The translations under genes and the position numbers were made by a program. Shown here piece by piece: positions 1 through 11,667 of a stretch of 64,000 nt of DNA. Under the pieces are notes generated by a model. The model had not been told where the DNA came from. It saw nothing but the letters and a program-made list of their open reading frames with translations, and searched no databases. Source of the DNA: Neophaeotheca triangularis (lineage: Eukaryota); assembly GCA_054600435.1 (NCBI GenBank), contig BAAIJX010000028.1, positions 124,001-188,000 on the forward strand, read 5' to 3'. Numbering within the stretch: position 1 is the first letter of the stretch; every line of letters begins with the position of its first letter.

Positions 1-308
1 TGCGACCCGTGGACATCGCCAGTCGCAGAAAGTCACCAATCGGGACATTGCCGATGACTGTCCGACTGACTCATGACAGTACTGAACGACTGCCTTGCTG
101 TCGATCAATGGAAACTTATAGACTGGACTACCTTACCGTAGATACTTTACATGAATGTCCAGTCTTAAAATACATTAATGAACCAACTTACTATCGCCTA
201 TCGCCTAGCGCTAGACGAGTGATCGATAGCAACACCCTGAGGACATGACCTCCGATGCTGGGACGAGACTCTCTTTTGAGCGAGGCGACCTTACCTCCAT
301 AACGTAGT

Positions 309-2588
309 ATGAACTCGGCAGAAGCACCAGAAATCGCCGCACACCGCGCTTGCGCTACCTGCCGGTTGCAAAAGGTCAGATGTATACCGCAAGACGGAAG
401 CCCGGACGTCTGCCAACGATGCGCGAGACTCGGGAAGCATTGCGTCTTCGCGCCATTGCAAAAGCGCAAGCAGAGGAAAAGGACTGACACCAGGGTCGCG
501 GAGCTTGAGCGGGAGATGAGGACGATGAGGACGTTGCTTGATAGGAAGGACAGCGAGAATGCAAGAGTGGAAAGTATGGCAGCTGAGAACAATGGCGGAA
601 ATGCTCAAAGAGGCCACGCAGTTGGGTATCCGGGACATGGAGAAGCGACGCCGTCGGGTCGAGATGACCCACCTGATCAAGATGAAAGTGATAAAGAGAA
701 GGTAGGGTCGATCGCGGTTGAAGATGCACCGGGGAGGCGCATTGATGAGAGCTATCAAGATGACTGCATGGACGTTGTAGAGCGAGGCGTCCTGTCCCTG
801 GCTACCGCAAGGCATCTCATCGACTTGTATAAGAACGATCTTGTTCATCACTTCTACTTCGTCGTCATCGACCCTTCTGAGACGGCCGACAAGTTGCGAC
901 AGACAAAACCAACGCTATTTCTTGCGGTTTTGGCAGCGGCGTCTGGATCTTTGAACCCACAGCTCTCCAAGACTCTAGACCAGGAGATTCTCCAGATGTA
1001 TGCTAACAAGGTCCACATCAAGAGCGAAAAGTCCCTCGAGATTGTGCAAGCTCTGCTCGTAAGCTCAGTCTGGTATTCTCCACCAAACAAATTTGAGCAG
1101 CTCAAGTACTATGAGTATATTCACATGGCTCTTACAATGGCTCTCGACATTGGTCTCGGCAGTAGGGCAACAAGCTGCAGCCAACATTTTCCTCAAACTC
1201 GGACTTCACCCAGCACTGTCGCCCACCCTTGGAAAGATTTAAGCAATCGCGATGTTTCAATGTCGTCACGAGATTCTTATTCATCTCTGCAACACCAAAA
1301 CGCCGCGGCTGAGCTCGAGAGACGCCGCACCCTTCTGGCTGTGTACGGCACGTGTGCTGGCGCGGCTATGAGCCTGAGAAGATCGGCGATGCTCCGCGCA
1401 ACCAGCTACGTTCGTGAATGTATCGAGTACATTGAAAACGCGCCTCATTCATTAATTTCAGATGGAATATTGGTCAATTGGGTCAAGTTGATCGTCCTTG
1501 GCCAAGAGATAACCACTGCATTCTCATACGATGACACCGGATCAATCGCCTCCTTTGCCGACCGCAGCACTCAAGGCATGCTTGAAGACTTTGATCGACG
1601 GCTTACTCAAAGCTGGGAACAAATTCATACGGAGCACCGCAGTCTCTGTCTGAAGATCAATTACTACACCACTCGACTATACCTTTACGAAATCGCTCTC
1701 CACATTGACCACACACCAGAAGACTTTAAAGCCCCATACCAGCTAGGCACGGTAAAACCACGACAACAATGCAGCGCCGAGATACCAACTCGACCCCTAG
1801 CCAGCGCTGTTGCCGACATCGTGGACAGCTGTCACAGCCTCTTGGAAGCCTTCCTCACGCCAGAACCAAAGACAATGCGCGGTCTCCCAGTTTTCATCTA
1901 CGTCCGCCTCTCTCTCGCCGCTTTCACTTTAGCCAAACTCACACTGTCAGCATCGCACCCCGAGAGCAGGATTGGTCAGGTCCTGGATCATAGCTCTCTC
2001 GAAGTCCGGCATTATCTAGACCGCGTCATCACGCATGTCTCGGGAATTGTTGGCGATTTAGGATGCCGTGTTCCTTCTATCTTTTTGGGCCTGCTGCTCA
2101 AGCTTCGCAAGTGGTGCGCCCATCCCGAGCTCATAACTCAAGCTCCCGCTGCAGATTCCTACCAAGCGAGGTTGACGGAAACGGAGGTTCCGTGGAAGAG
2201 CTCATATGGGAACTACGGCGATGCTATGAACGACGAAGGTGTGCGCATTGCCGCCATTGCGGAGACTCGGGCGTCGTCTGCCACGAGTAGTGGAGATGTG
2301 AGTGGGAGTTCTCGGACTGTGGCTCCTTCTTTCACCGACTTGGTCAATGATCACCACGCTCAAGGCCACCTCCCGGCCATCTATGTGCCACAGTCGCCGA
2401 ATGGAGATGGCCCAGATCCGCAACTTGATCTTTCTTGGCTCCCAGCTGGCGATCAGATGGAGTGGGATCCCAGTTTCCATGATTTCTTCCAGAGCGGCCA
2501 GACTGCAGATTTTCTCGCAGGGATGGATGCTGTAGACACGTTTGATCCTATCTACGACGCAGCTCATACTCGCATGCCTGGAACTTGA
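309..2588 (+). CDS. Zn(II)2Cys6 binuclear cluster transcription factor with a fungal TF middle region
   Basis: 759-aa single ORF with N-terminal CATCRLQKVRC-x9-CQRCARLGKHC, a basic linker (KRKQRKR), a coiled coil, a helical middle region and an acidic C-terminal tail. Confidence 0.93.
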   Translation: MNSAEAPEIAAHRACATCRLQKVRCIPQDGSPDVCQRCARLGKHCVFAPLQKRKQRKRTDTRVAELEREMRTMRTLLDRKDSENARVESMAAENNGGNAQRGHAVGYPGHGEATPSGRDDPPDQDESDKEKVGSIAVEDAPGRRIDESYQDDCMDVVERGVLSLATARHLIDLYKNDLVHHFYFVVIDPSETADKLRQTKPTLFLAVLAAASGSLNPQLSKTLDQEILQMYANKVHIKSEKSLEIVQALLVSSVWYSPPNKFEQLKYYEYIHMALTMALDIGLGSRATSCSQHFPQTRTSPSTVAHPWKDLSNRDVSMSSRDSYSSLQHQNAAAELERRRTLLAVYGTCAGAAMSLRRSAMLRATSYVRECIEYIENAPHSLISDGILVNWVKLIVLGQEITTAFSYDDTGSIASFADRSTQGMLEDFDRRLTQSWEQIHTEHRSLCLKINYYTTRLYLYEIALHIDHTPEDFKAPYQLGTVKPRQQCSAEIPTRPLASAVADIVDSCHSLLEAFLTPEPKTMRGLPVFIYVRLSLAAFTLAKLTLSASHPESRIGQVLDHSSLEVRHYLDRVITHVSGIVGDLGCRVPSIFLGLLLKLRKWCAHPELITQAPAADSYQARLTETEVPWKSSYGNYGDAMNDEGVRIAAIAETRASSATSSGDVSGSSRTVAPSFTDLVNDHHAQGHLPAIYVPQSPNGDGPDPQLDLSWLPAGDQMEWDPSFHDFFQSGQTADFLAGMDAVDTFDPIYDAAHTRMPGT

Positions 2589-3034
2589 GTGCCTACTGTG
2601 GCAATGGCCCCGCTTCATACGATGCCCATGCAAGCGTAGAGGCTTTCCTCAACGCCATATCCGTAGGGCTGAATTAAGTTCACTAGCTCAAATATCATCT
2701 GATCGTCAACGTCCAAGGTCCGGACCGAGGACCAGCATCGAGTGATTGTCTTCTTCAAACAACATGCGTCCTGCTCTTGCGCGATTTTTAACGTGAAGCG
2801 ACGTTTTGTGTATTGTAATGGAATGATATCTCCGAGGCTTGCATGCGGCCTTGAATCCCCACCATCCCGACGATCAATTCAGGGAGTGCAGCCGACACGC
2901 TACTCATTAACCATTTATTAACAGCAACCTCTCTAAAGGCTACATCCATTACCACCCCAACACGCAGCGATCAACAAGAGCTTCTAGTAAACACTCCATT
3001 TCAGGCTCATCATGTCTGGCTCTTGCCTCCCCCC

Positions 3035-3596
3035 TTATTTCCTCTTCATCTGAATCAAGCTAATGACCGCGGCGCCAGCAGTAGCAGCAAAAGCCAAGAA
3101 CAGAAACGCCGTGTCCGCTTTTGCCATGTGACAACGCCCTTCCACCTCATCCTCATCCTTGAAAGAGCAAAAGTCGCCGTTATTCGTGCAGCCGCCGTTG
3201 ATGAGGTGGTTGTTGGATTCGGCGTAAGTGTCACCACAATCGGTATTGCGCATTCCTACAGCAAAAGCCTGCGATAGAAATCCATAATCAGCGAAATGAA
3301 CAAGTCAGGCGGAGTTCGTTTTGGGCTGAACTCACAATGCCACCAGCGACGAGCAACACCGCCGCCAGCGTGTCAAATCCCGCCATTATCAGTCCCGCGA
3401 GCTTATTGATCCAGACGGCAGCGATTCCTATCAGGGCGACGAGCATGCAGAAAGCGCCCGCGAAAGCAGAGTAAGAGGTAGTAGCGGGTGCACCGCCTAT
3501 GGCTTGCCATTGAATTGCGTTGATGGAGAGACCGAGAACCACCGCGCCGAAGACGAGTTGGAGGCCGCGAAGGACCAAGTTGATGAGGGATAGCAT
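3035..3596 (-). CDS. MARVEL-domain (membrane-associating) four-TM protein
   Basis: Exon 1 reads MLSLINLVLRGLQLVFGAVVLGLS...; GTGAGT...CGCAG intron at about 3335-3269; exon 2 ends ...RCHMAKADTAFLFLAF...QMKRK*, which fits the fungal MARVEL pattern. Confidence 0.8.
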
Positions 3597-4381
3597 GTTT
3601 GGCGGTAGCGCGGTTAGACACTGGTGGATTCGAGGACTATCGCTTTGAATTAGAGGTAAGTCGTTTGTTGCCCGTCGCAGTTTAACGGTAAGTCGTTCCT
3701 ACGGGTTGGGCTTGAAAGGATAGAGACGAGGATCAATCCTTGTTGTTGTTGATGTCTCGAGAGATAATTCCAAGACTACGCGTGGAAGTGCATGGCCAGC
3801 ACGGTGATCGGGCTGGTGCCAGCATGCTTGGCGTTTTTACTGTCTCCATACATGTGCATGTTGTGAAACCGGGTTTCCGACCTGTTGGGTGGCTGCATGT
3901 TGTAACTTGTGAGATTTATATTCACGTTAGCTAGCGTCACGGGTGATGATTTTGTCAAGCTTCAAAATTCGACTTTCTTTACCTTGAAAGGCAAGTCGGT
4001 AAGTAAGTACCCTCAGAACTGCGAAAAAAACTTTCTGTCGTCGATGTCGCTGTCGTCGCATTGTTATCAGCCGGAGGCGAATAGAAGTCGTATTCTCCAG
4101 CACCACACCACTCAAGGAGTATACGTGACTTGCGCATGCCCACATCTGTTACTGCCTGCCCCTACTCATTGAAGTCTCCGGCTGTGTTCGGCTCAACCCC
4201 AGCAAGTCAAAATCACTGAAAACCATCATATTCATCACTGGCGGCACCAATGATGAGACCGCAACACACTGCCTACCTGACCTTGCTGTGCGTAGAATAT
4301 ATGCCACATACACTGTGCTGTACAACCACAAATTCACCCTCCCCATCAACCAACCTCTACCCTCCCGTCAAAAGGATTTCC

Positions 4382-4720
4382 CTACTGTTTCCCCTGAGGA
4401 TGCTCCTTCTCAGCCTTCTGCGCAGTCTGCTTCTGTAAATCCTCCATGTGCTCTTCATGATCCTTGACATTCTGCCTATCAGCCGCGACACCCGCCTCGC
4501 CCGCACTGGCCAACTCCTCATGCCAGTGGCCTTCACCCTTTTCCTGCTTCTTGAGCTGCTCCTGCTTCACGCGCTCGACTTCTTCGGGGCTACGGTCTTT
4601 GTCCTCTTTGCCGGCAGAGAGGCGGGTTTGAGTGGTGAAAGATCGGCTGGAGAGCGAGGTAGCGCGGAAGGTGGGTTGAAAAGCCCTGGGGGTGGTGAGG
4701 AAACGAAGCGAGGTGCGCAT
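4382..4720 (-). CDS. Small, probably mitochondrial protein of unknown function (112 aa)
   Basis: Arg/Ser/Thr-rich, acid-free N-terminus ending RSFTTQTRLS (presequence-like), then a charged helical region with GHWHEELAS. Confidence 0.7.
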   Translation of the reverse strand: MRTSLRFLTTPRAFQPTFRATSLSSRSFTTQTRLSAGKEDKDRSPEEVERVKQEQLKKQEKGEGHWHEELASAGEAGVAADRQNVKDHEEHMEDLQKQTAQKAEKEHPQGKQ

Positions 4721-5439
4721 TTTGGCGAGTTGTGTTTAGAGGTTGTTTTGAATTGGAGTGGCTGTTGGTAATTAGCTGTAGAGCTCTAGGGTGCTGGAGA
4801 GGCGGCGGGAAAGCGCACCTGTCTGGACGGAAAAAGTAATAGTAGATGATCCAGGGGAAATTCGCCTTGAAAGTTACTTATCGTAGCAATAATAGGTTGC
4901 TGTCGCAGACAGAAAAGAGAAGTGTTTCGTCTCGACTTGCACCTGCCAACTGCCCCAAGCTCCGTGCCCGTCTCGCTCAGGGTGACGTCGAAACGTGACC
5001 GAGGTAAAACACCTCCCTACAATCAAAGTGTGCGCCGCCCGACCTTCTCCCGATGCATATCTTTCCAACAATTTACCCCTTCACTCTCACCATTAAATAC
5101 TCGTAAGCACGTATCATTGAGGAAACCCACATCGCTCGAGTTTTCATATACCGCTTTAACCCTCAAATCGATTGGTCTCTCGACCGCTGAATGATAAAGG
5201 CCGCCTCAAGTTCCAATCGATAAAATGAAAACCAACACATACAATAGCAACACGTCTTGCGGACTCCTTAACCGTCGAGTTTCTTCTGGGCGATATTGGA
5301 AACGGTTGCTTTAAAACGACAACCTAATAGGGATTGATCTCGTTGATTTCGTTACCAAGACTAAGAAAGAGCGCCGTAGTATTGCCAAACCTCGCCACTA
5401 TCAACCAACAACCTCATGGTCCTCTTTACCATACCACAA

Positions 5440-5503
5440 CCATCTAGGCGGCACACCCATCTAGGCAGCACACCCATCTAGGCGTCACACCCATCTAGGC
5501 GGC
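5440..5503. repeat. 17-bp tandem repeat (CCATCTAGGCRKCACAC, about 3.8 copies) overlapping the cutinase stop codon
   Basis: Units start at 5440, 5457, 5474 and 5491, read directly. Confidence 0.95.
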
Positions 5504-6388
5504 GGAAATGCGGTTCCTCAAGAACGTGACACCTTCAGGAACATTGACACCATAAGTAAGGTGAACGGCAGTGACAAGGAGAGCGCCGTTACAGACCCCA
5601 TCACCAAACTTGCAAATATTCAAGACATTGGCGGCCGGGTAGTTTGGGATTCGCCCATTCTCTTGGCGGGTTCGAGTGGATCCGAAGAGAACGACACCAG
5701 CGGTCCTATTACGAACGCCAGATGCGAGTCTACGGACAGCGGCAGTGATGACGGCGGCACCTTGACTGTAATATCTTGCGGTTAGCCTCGGGCTGCAGAA
5801 GTGTCGTATGATGCTCCTCACCTGTATCCACCAGCGACAATGACAGTGTTGGGGCACCTGCTCGCAGCGGTGTTGAAAAGACCGATCGCCTCGTCGTAAG
5901 CAGCCGAGGGGGTACCTTCTGGGAAGCTGTTGCCTGCGAGCGTGGCCCTGTACGAACCTCCAACGCCCTGGCAGGCTACATTCCCGGAACCATACGCGCG
6001 CTTGAGGCCGTCGCAAACTGGTCCGCCGAGAGTTCCCTAAATCGATGCATCAGTAATCCACCCCACGAGAAAATGAGAAAGGGAACAGATGCAGGCTTAC
6101 CAAATTGCCCGACTCAGTGGAGCCCCTGGCGTAGATGAAGGTGTAAGCCCTGCATGGGCCGCTCAACTCATTGGCCGTGCTGCCAGTGGATTGGCGAGCT
6201 TCGAGTGTGCCAGCATCGGCATCACGGGCTGCGAGCATCATGGCCTCTTCCGTCACATTTACGACATCTGGGTCCAGGACGAGCGAAATATCCTCCGTGT
6301 CGGCATTCGCAATATCGATACCCGGGAGAGCAGCGGGCACAGCAAGGACCGAGCTGGCCAAAAGTGCGATGATGGCAAAGGACTTCAT
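5495..6388 (-). CDS. Secreted cutinase (CE5), 3 exons
   Basis: Signal peptide, propeptide ending [24 protein letters not shown] nucleophile elbow split by an intron, C-terminal CKFGDGVC...HLTY (Asp/His). Confidence 0.95.
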
Positions 6389-7403
6389 GTTGATTGCTGA
6401 TCTGAAGAAGGAGATGGTTTCAAGAACGATTGACAGTTGAGGTGAGTCGAAATTCTGGGATGCTCGAGTGATGCTTCTGTTTCCTTTCCATTCTGGTGGT
6501 CCATTGCGCGGTTTTTATATCTCGCATCCCCATCAAAGGCCTCGGTCTGGCGCTAGGTGAGATTGCATTCTTTCACCTAGTTGCAAGGTCTTGTTGATTA
6601 CGACACCATCAGCTGCCAGCGGTAGGTTTGTGAACGAATGCAGCCAAGGTTTTTCCAGAGGCGGTTCGGTGTTCGCGGAGCTGGTATCGTTGGTATACAG
6701 GTCAAGAGCTTTCGCAAAACATTGGTATGAAGCCGAGGGCCTCGTTCAAAGAAACGACCAAATGCAAACGATTGGATCAATTGGACGACATTGCCGATCA
6801 ATTGTGGAGGGGGTCACTTGAGCTGGCTCGGATTGAAGCAAATTCGTTGGTCAGGATGGGTCCGCCTTCCAAGGTTAATTTGGATCGGGCAAAATGCGTC
6901 GCGACGGTACGGGGGTCGGCACGAGTCTGTACGTCGTCGCGCCGGCTCGAGTAGCCATTTGTCCAAATTCCAAGAGGTAACTCAGGTAAGTAGGTACTAG
7001 CAATTTCCCTGGTCCGCCGTTGGGTGTCTTGTTTCATCTTCCAACTCATGCAAGCCACGCCTTGCCATGTTTGTAACGTGTGGGGAAAACGTCCCGGCTA
7101 GGTTAGTTTTGGATCTTTGGTTGTTTAATATATTACTTTCCCCCGCGTGACCGATATTGGCGTTCTTTCAATCGAATACAAGACCATCGATTGGAACACT
7201 TCGGCTCCACTCATCCACCTAGGACCTGCACGTCGCTCGTGTTGGCATTACCGGGAGACACATCTACTAGGATACTCCAGATCAGCCCATCAATCTTGGT
7301 CGTGGACCGAGGCAGGCGTATTGAACCTACGACGACTACTAGCATAAGTGCCCATCCAGAAGCAGTGAAGCACTTCAGCCAACACCACTGCACAACCTCC
7401 GCA

Positions 7404-8316
7404 ATGCCCGACGAGGAAGAACAACCCTTTATTAACGAAAAGTCCGAGGCAGATGGTCTGCATGAAAGACACTCTGCGCTACTGCGGTCTCACCGCCGGC
7501 TTGGGCGGTGGACAGTAGCATCAAATGTGGTATTAGCGGCAATTGTCGTTACATTGGTCGTCTTGAGGGTCACATCCCACGACGGCGACCACTCTTCCCC
7601 GGTCCCCACTTGTAAGTCTCGATCGCATCCATTCACTCAAAGCTCAAAGCCGCAGCAAATTGACAAGCTACTAGTCCCTACCAAACGAGTTCTTTTCGAG
7701 CAAGACGATCTCTTTGCTGGCGAGCTCAGCGCAGAGAACGATGCAGCATGGGGGTCATTGAACCCAGTAAGCTACCTCCAACACCGTCCCTAAGCGCGGC
7801 AAGCGACACTAACCCAACCACTCTCTCTCTCTCTCAGCCGGGCGACGGTTTCGTTCTAATTGCCAACCCCCGCAACCACAACCTCCCGCCAGGCATCCAA
7901 ACGGACCAAGGCGAACTCTACGACATCTCGCTCTTCCACCAGCTCCACTGCCTCGGCAACATTAGGACCTACCTCTACACCATGAAGGACTCGATCAAGA
8001 GCAACACCACCCAGCAAGCTCAAGAGCTGGTGCTAGCTCACGAAGGTCATCATATCCATCATTGTTTCGATTATATTCGACAGGCGCTTATGTGTGCCGC
8101 GGATATGACGCCGGAGTGGCCGATGGAAGGTCCGGAGGGTGAGAAAAGTGCTGTGAATGGTTGGGGCATCGAGCATGAGTGTAAAGATTGGGTGAGTACT
8201 TGATGCATTACCTTTGCCGTTGTGAGGTGTACTGACTTGTGTGTGAATAGAGCGCTGTCATGAAGTACATGGAGGAGAATAATGTCATGGCCCACATGTG
8301 GGACGAGCCGTTGTAG
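7404..8316 (+). CDS. DUF3328 / UstYa-like oxidase (type II membrane protein), 4 exons
   Basis: One N-terminal TM helix and two HxxHC motifs (FHQLHCL; HIHHCFDYIRQALMCAAD), plus GWGIEHECKDW; introns 7612-7674, 7767-7837 and 8192-8250. Confidence 0.93.
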
Positions 8317-8693
8317 ACTCGATATCTTCGTTTTCATTTCTTGAAAGGGTGTTCTTTCTAGCATCTAGTGGAAGCTAGAATTACATCGTCCAGTTTGTCT
8401 ACCGTTCTTGAGTGCGAACGCCTCGGCCTTTGCTACCTCCACCACCGCGGCCACCTTGGTCGCCTCGCGATCGGGGAAAAGCAGGCTGCTTGCTCCGGTC
8501 AATCACATGTCGGAGTGTCCTTACCGGTCAATCGATCAAGTCAACACTGCCGCTGCCAAGAGAAACACGGAGACAGAGTCAGAATGATAGAGCAAGAAGC
8601 TACCGTACAATAGTTAAATAAATCAAATCAAGTAAATATCCAAACCATTCGCCCTAGCACAAAAAACAATGACTTAACACCCCTTTGACTACT

Positions 8694-9229
8694 CTAATCA
8701 ATACAGTCAAAGTACAGCTTCTTCTCGCGCTCGCAGTCCTTGCGGTTGTCATCGCACTTCTTCTGCTCATTCTTCCAGTTGCGGTCAAAGTCGTCACACT
8801 CGTTCCTCTTCTTATCGTACTTGTCCTTATCATCGCGGCACTTCTTGTCGTCATACTTGTAGGTCTTCATGCAGTTGTCGTAGTCGTTCTTGAAGTTATT
8901 CTCTTCGCGCTTGCAAGTGTCGAAAAGGCCCTTGGATCGGTCGGCATCTTGGAGCCATCGTTAGCCGGATCTTGTTCACGATAGAGCTTCCCGTTTCGAA
9001 ATTGGAAGGAGATTCGCTTACCCTTTTTGCACTGGTTGTAGTCCCAGATCCACTTGAGTTCGCTCTTTTGGCAGAGAATGTAGGCGGCTTTCTCCTTGAG
9101 GCACCAGTTGAAGTCGAAGATTTTCAAAGTCCTGGCTTCGATGTCGTTGGGGGATGCCTCTGGAACGGCGGCGGGAGCGGCGAAAGCACCGGCGATCATG
9201 AGGGCAGTGGCGACGATGGAGAGCTTCAT
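8694..9229 (-). CDS. Secreted 153-aa cysteine-rich (10 Cys), highly charged heptad-repeat protein, 2 exons
   Basis: Signal peptide MKLSIVATALMIAGAFA and propeptide ending EAR; GTAAGC...GCTAAC...AAG intron 9021-8948 joins an open exon ending LYFDCID* at 8694; exons of 208+254 nt give 154 codons; strong C/G-ending codon bias. Confidence 0.88.
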
Positions 9230-10974
9230 GTTGATGGAGAAAGTTGGGTTGGGGGTTGGGGTTGTGTTGCTGATGGAGTGGCAGATAAGTTGACGAAAGC
9301 GATTGACTGCTTAGCGAGTGGATGGAAATGCTGGTTGAAGTGTTGGAAGTGCTGGTGAAAGACAGTCGTTTATCGAGGAGTGAGCGTCTCTTTTATCTCT
9401 AACCAGTTCGTCTTCTCGGTCATGGTCGCGGTTTTTCCATCGTACGCTGCGTGCCCGTCTCTGCCACCACCATGCCGCCTAAGTTATGCCCAGCGACGCC
9501 AGTTCAGCCTGGATGGTCGATTCGAGAGCCAGCTTCTCACTAGCGATTGCGGGTGGAGGTTTGTTCGAGCAAAGTTCAATACTGGTTTGCATAGCCAATA
9601 AAGAGGCGCTGAGGTAAAGTCCAGACAATTCTTTCGATCCAGCTATTGAGTTCCTACACTACGTTTGATGGTCTTTTAGCCGTCTGACATTGGTTGCGTA
9701 TCTCAGTCTTTGCATTCCCCCGCAAGACACCAACAAAGTTTGTATAGTGGCTTAATTGTGGCGTGTTTATGTCTCCGAATTAGCCTTGATCAGGATACTT
9801 TCTTCAAGGATGAGATTTGCTGAGATCCGTTGCGACTGAAATTTGTGAGGTGTTAGGGCGCAGTATGCTAGCTTACCGTTAAGGTAGGCCAAGATACTTG
9901 CCCACGATCTCTTCGAGAACTGCCTCAGATCGAAGGGTCATCGCCGGAAGAAGTTCAGGAGGAAAAAGAGAGGTCAGGATAATACTGATACCATTTCGTC
10001 TACACACGGCAGTCGTTGAGATCCGCCCGGTAGCTACTACACCTGCCGAACTTACCTCTTGCGAGCCGCGTCTGGGTCCGGGTCTGCTCTGTAGCCATAG
10101 AAGGTAAAGACCAAACCTGGAATCGAGCAAGGTAGGAAGAGGAGCAATGTCGCTTGTCGAAACCAATCCAGACTGTAAGGATGGCGGCAGACTTCTGATG
10201 CCGGACGGTGCCCAGATCGATCGTTCCCCGCAGTCCCGCAGACTCTCCATAAACTTCTCTGCGGGTGCGGGATCTCTGCAGAACTTTCCGGGTACCTACC
10301 TGAATCTATGGGGCTGCATGATGCCTTGTACCTGACGAGATACTGACATCAATTGGAGTCCAGGGCCAGACTGAGTGGCTCAATCGCCATTCAACAGCAC
10401 GCTTGTGCCTTGTGAACAGCATTGTGTGATGGGAGATATCAGACTTCGAACTTGTCGAGCGTGGCTGGAATATGTTTAGATGTATCGTCTTTCCAGACTG
10501 AGAGACGCCACCGTGTACGCAGCAACACATTCGAACGCGGGTTGGCTGCTATCGTCAGCATAGCCTCGACCCCTGGGCTAAGTTACAGAGATGTGATAGA
10601 GAGGGCGGCAAGATGAAACATGTGGCTTCAGTTTGCGTGCAGTGTAACTTGTTCCTTGTAACTTCATACCGTGTGCCCCGCTCATTAGCTTAAAACATAC
10701 TTTCTTGGATATGCTGGGCGACTTCTTCAGGAGGATTCCCTCGCGCATTATGGTAGTCGGCCGCGAAATCAAAGGCGGGCAAAGCATTTCGATAGCGTAA
10801 ACGGCTTTTTTCCAGGCCTGCCTGCGCGTCGTGGCTGTCGAGCTTCCGTCTCATACGCTTCATTATTATTGATAAGTGAAAAGCTTCCCATGCCTTCGTC
10901 CGACTCGATCAACGTGAATCAAATCAAGCACGAAGCCCGACCTCTCATGCGAAGAGAACGGCGAGATGCGCAGC

Positions 10975-11667
10975 CTACAAGTCTTTTGGTGGCCTGGTGG
11001 CAATTGTAGCATAGTCTCCGTTCAGCGTCTTCATCACCTTGCCTAGCCCCTCGTGGCTGTAATCCTTTTCGTTCCACTGATCTTTGTGGTACTTGACCCT
11101 CTCATCCGGCCCTTCACCATCCTCCTCCTTTGCTTTCTCTAGCGATAGGGTGACGAAATGGTTCACATCAAAGGTCTTTGGGCTCAGCTTCGGGGTCCAA
11201 GCACGCTTCATCTTGAATACAATGGTGGCGGGATCTTTCGCCGGCCCTTGTTGTATAGGCGTCGAAGATACAACCTCGACTGCCTTTGTCTCGGACGACT
11301 TCATCACTACAGGTATCCCATACCATTGCCCAGCGATTTTCTCCCGGGTGTCGCAGTAGGAGAAGATGTCGTCGTAGATAGCCCTCTGCGAATATACTAA
11401 CATATCCTGTCTGCCTGTACTCTTTTCATCGTGCGTTGCCGACCCGCTATACAAACGGAGGACAGAGTCCATGATGCGTTGTCTTCCGGGATCGAGTTTG
11501 ATCGAGTTGACTGGGTTTGGTTCATATGGCGCATTCGTTGAGTCTGATGGGCGATTGCTCGACTGAAGCTGTTCATGCTGTTGTCGTTCGCGAACCTCGT
11601 ACGTTAGAGGATTGTTTGGGTCAAGTTTGTTCTCGGCCTGCTGGCGAAGCTCTTCAGCCGAAGGCAT
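10975..11667 (-). CDS. Hypothetical protein, possibly SnoaL/NTF2-like fold
   Basis: 230-aa ORF; YSQRAIYDD...IAGQWYGIP and KYHKDQWN segments resemble NTF2-like pattern; the fold is inferred. Confidence 0.65.
   Translation of the reverse strand: MPSAEELRQQAENKLDPNNPLTYEVRERQQHEQLQSSNRPSDSTNAPYEPNPVNSIKLDPGRQRIMDSVLRLYSGSATHDEKSTGRQDMLVYSQRAIYDDIFSYCDTREKIAGQWYGIPVVMKSSETKAVEVVSSTPIQQGPAKDPATIVFKMKRAWTPKLSPKTFDVNHFVTLSLEKAKEEDGEGPDERVKYHKDQWNEKDYSHEGLGKVMKTLNGDYATIATRPPKDL

Noticed and set aside
67..73. TGACTCA (Gcn4/CpcA/AP-1-type site) upstream of the first TF
   Set aside because: A single 7-mer is expected by chance several times in 64 kb and has no supporting evidence
5440..5503. CRISPR-like reading of the short direct repeats here and at 50164 and 61080
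   Set aside because: Repeats are contiguous with no unique spacers, there are no cas genes, and the context is eukaryotic
8685..8984. 99-aa very hydrophobic plus-strand ORF resembling a membrane protein
   Set aside because: It is the antisense shadow of the K/D/E/N-rich exon 2 of the secreted Cys-rich gene
8694..9229. Classical KEP/dikaritin precursor with identical repeated cores
   Set aside because: No near-identical KR-flanked core repeats are present; kept only as a possible atypical substrate
9879..10860. Possible spliced gene or pseudogene on the minus strand
   Set aside because: Only short ORFs with no recognisable motif, and I could not build a convincing exon chain
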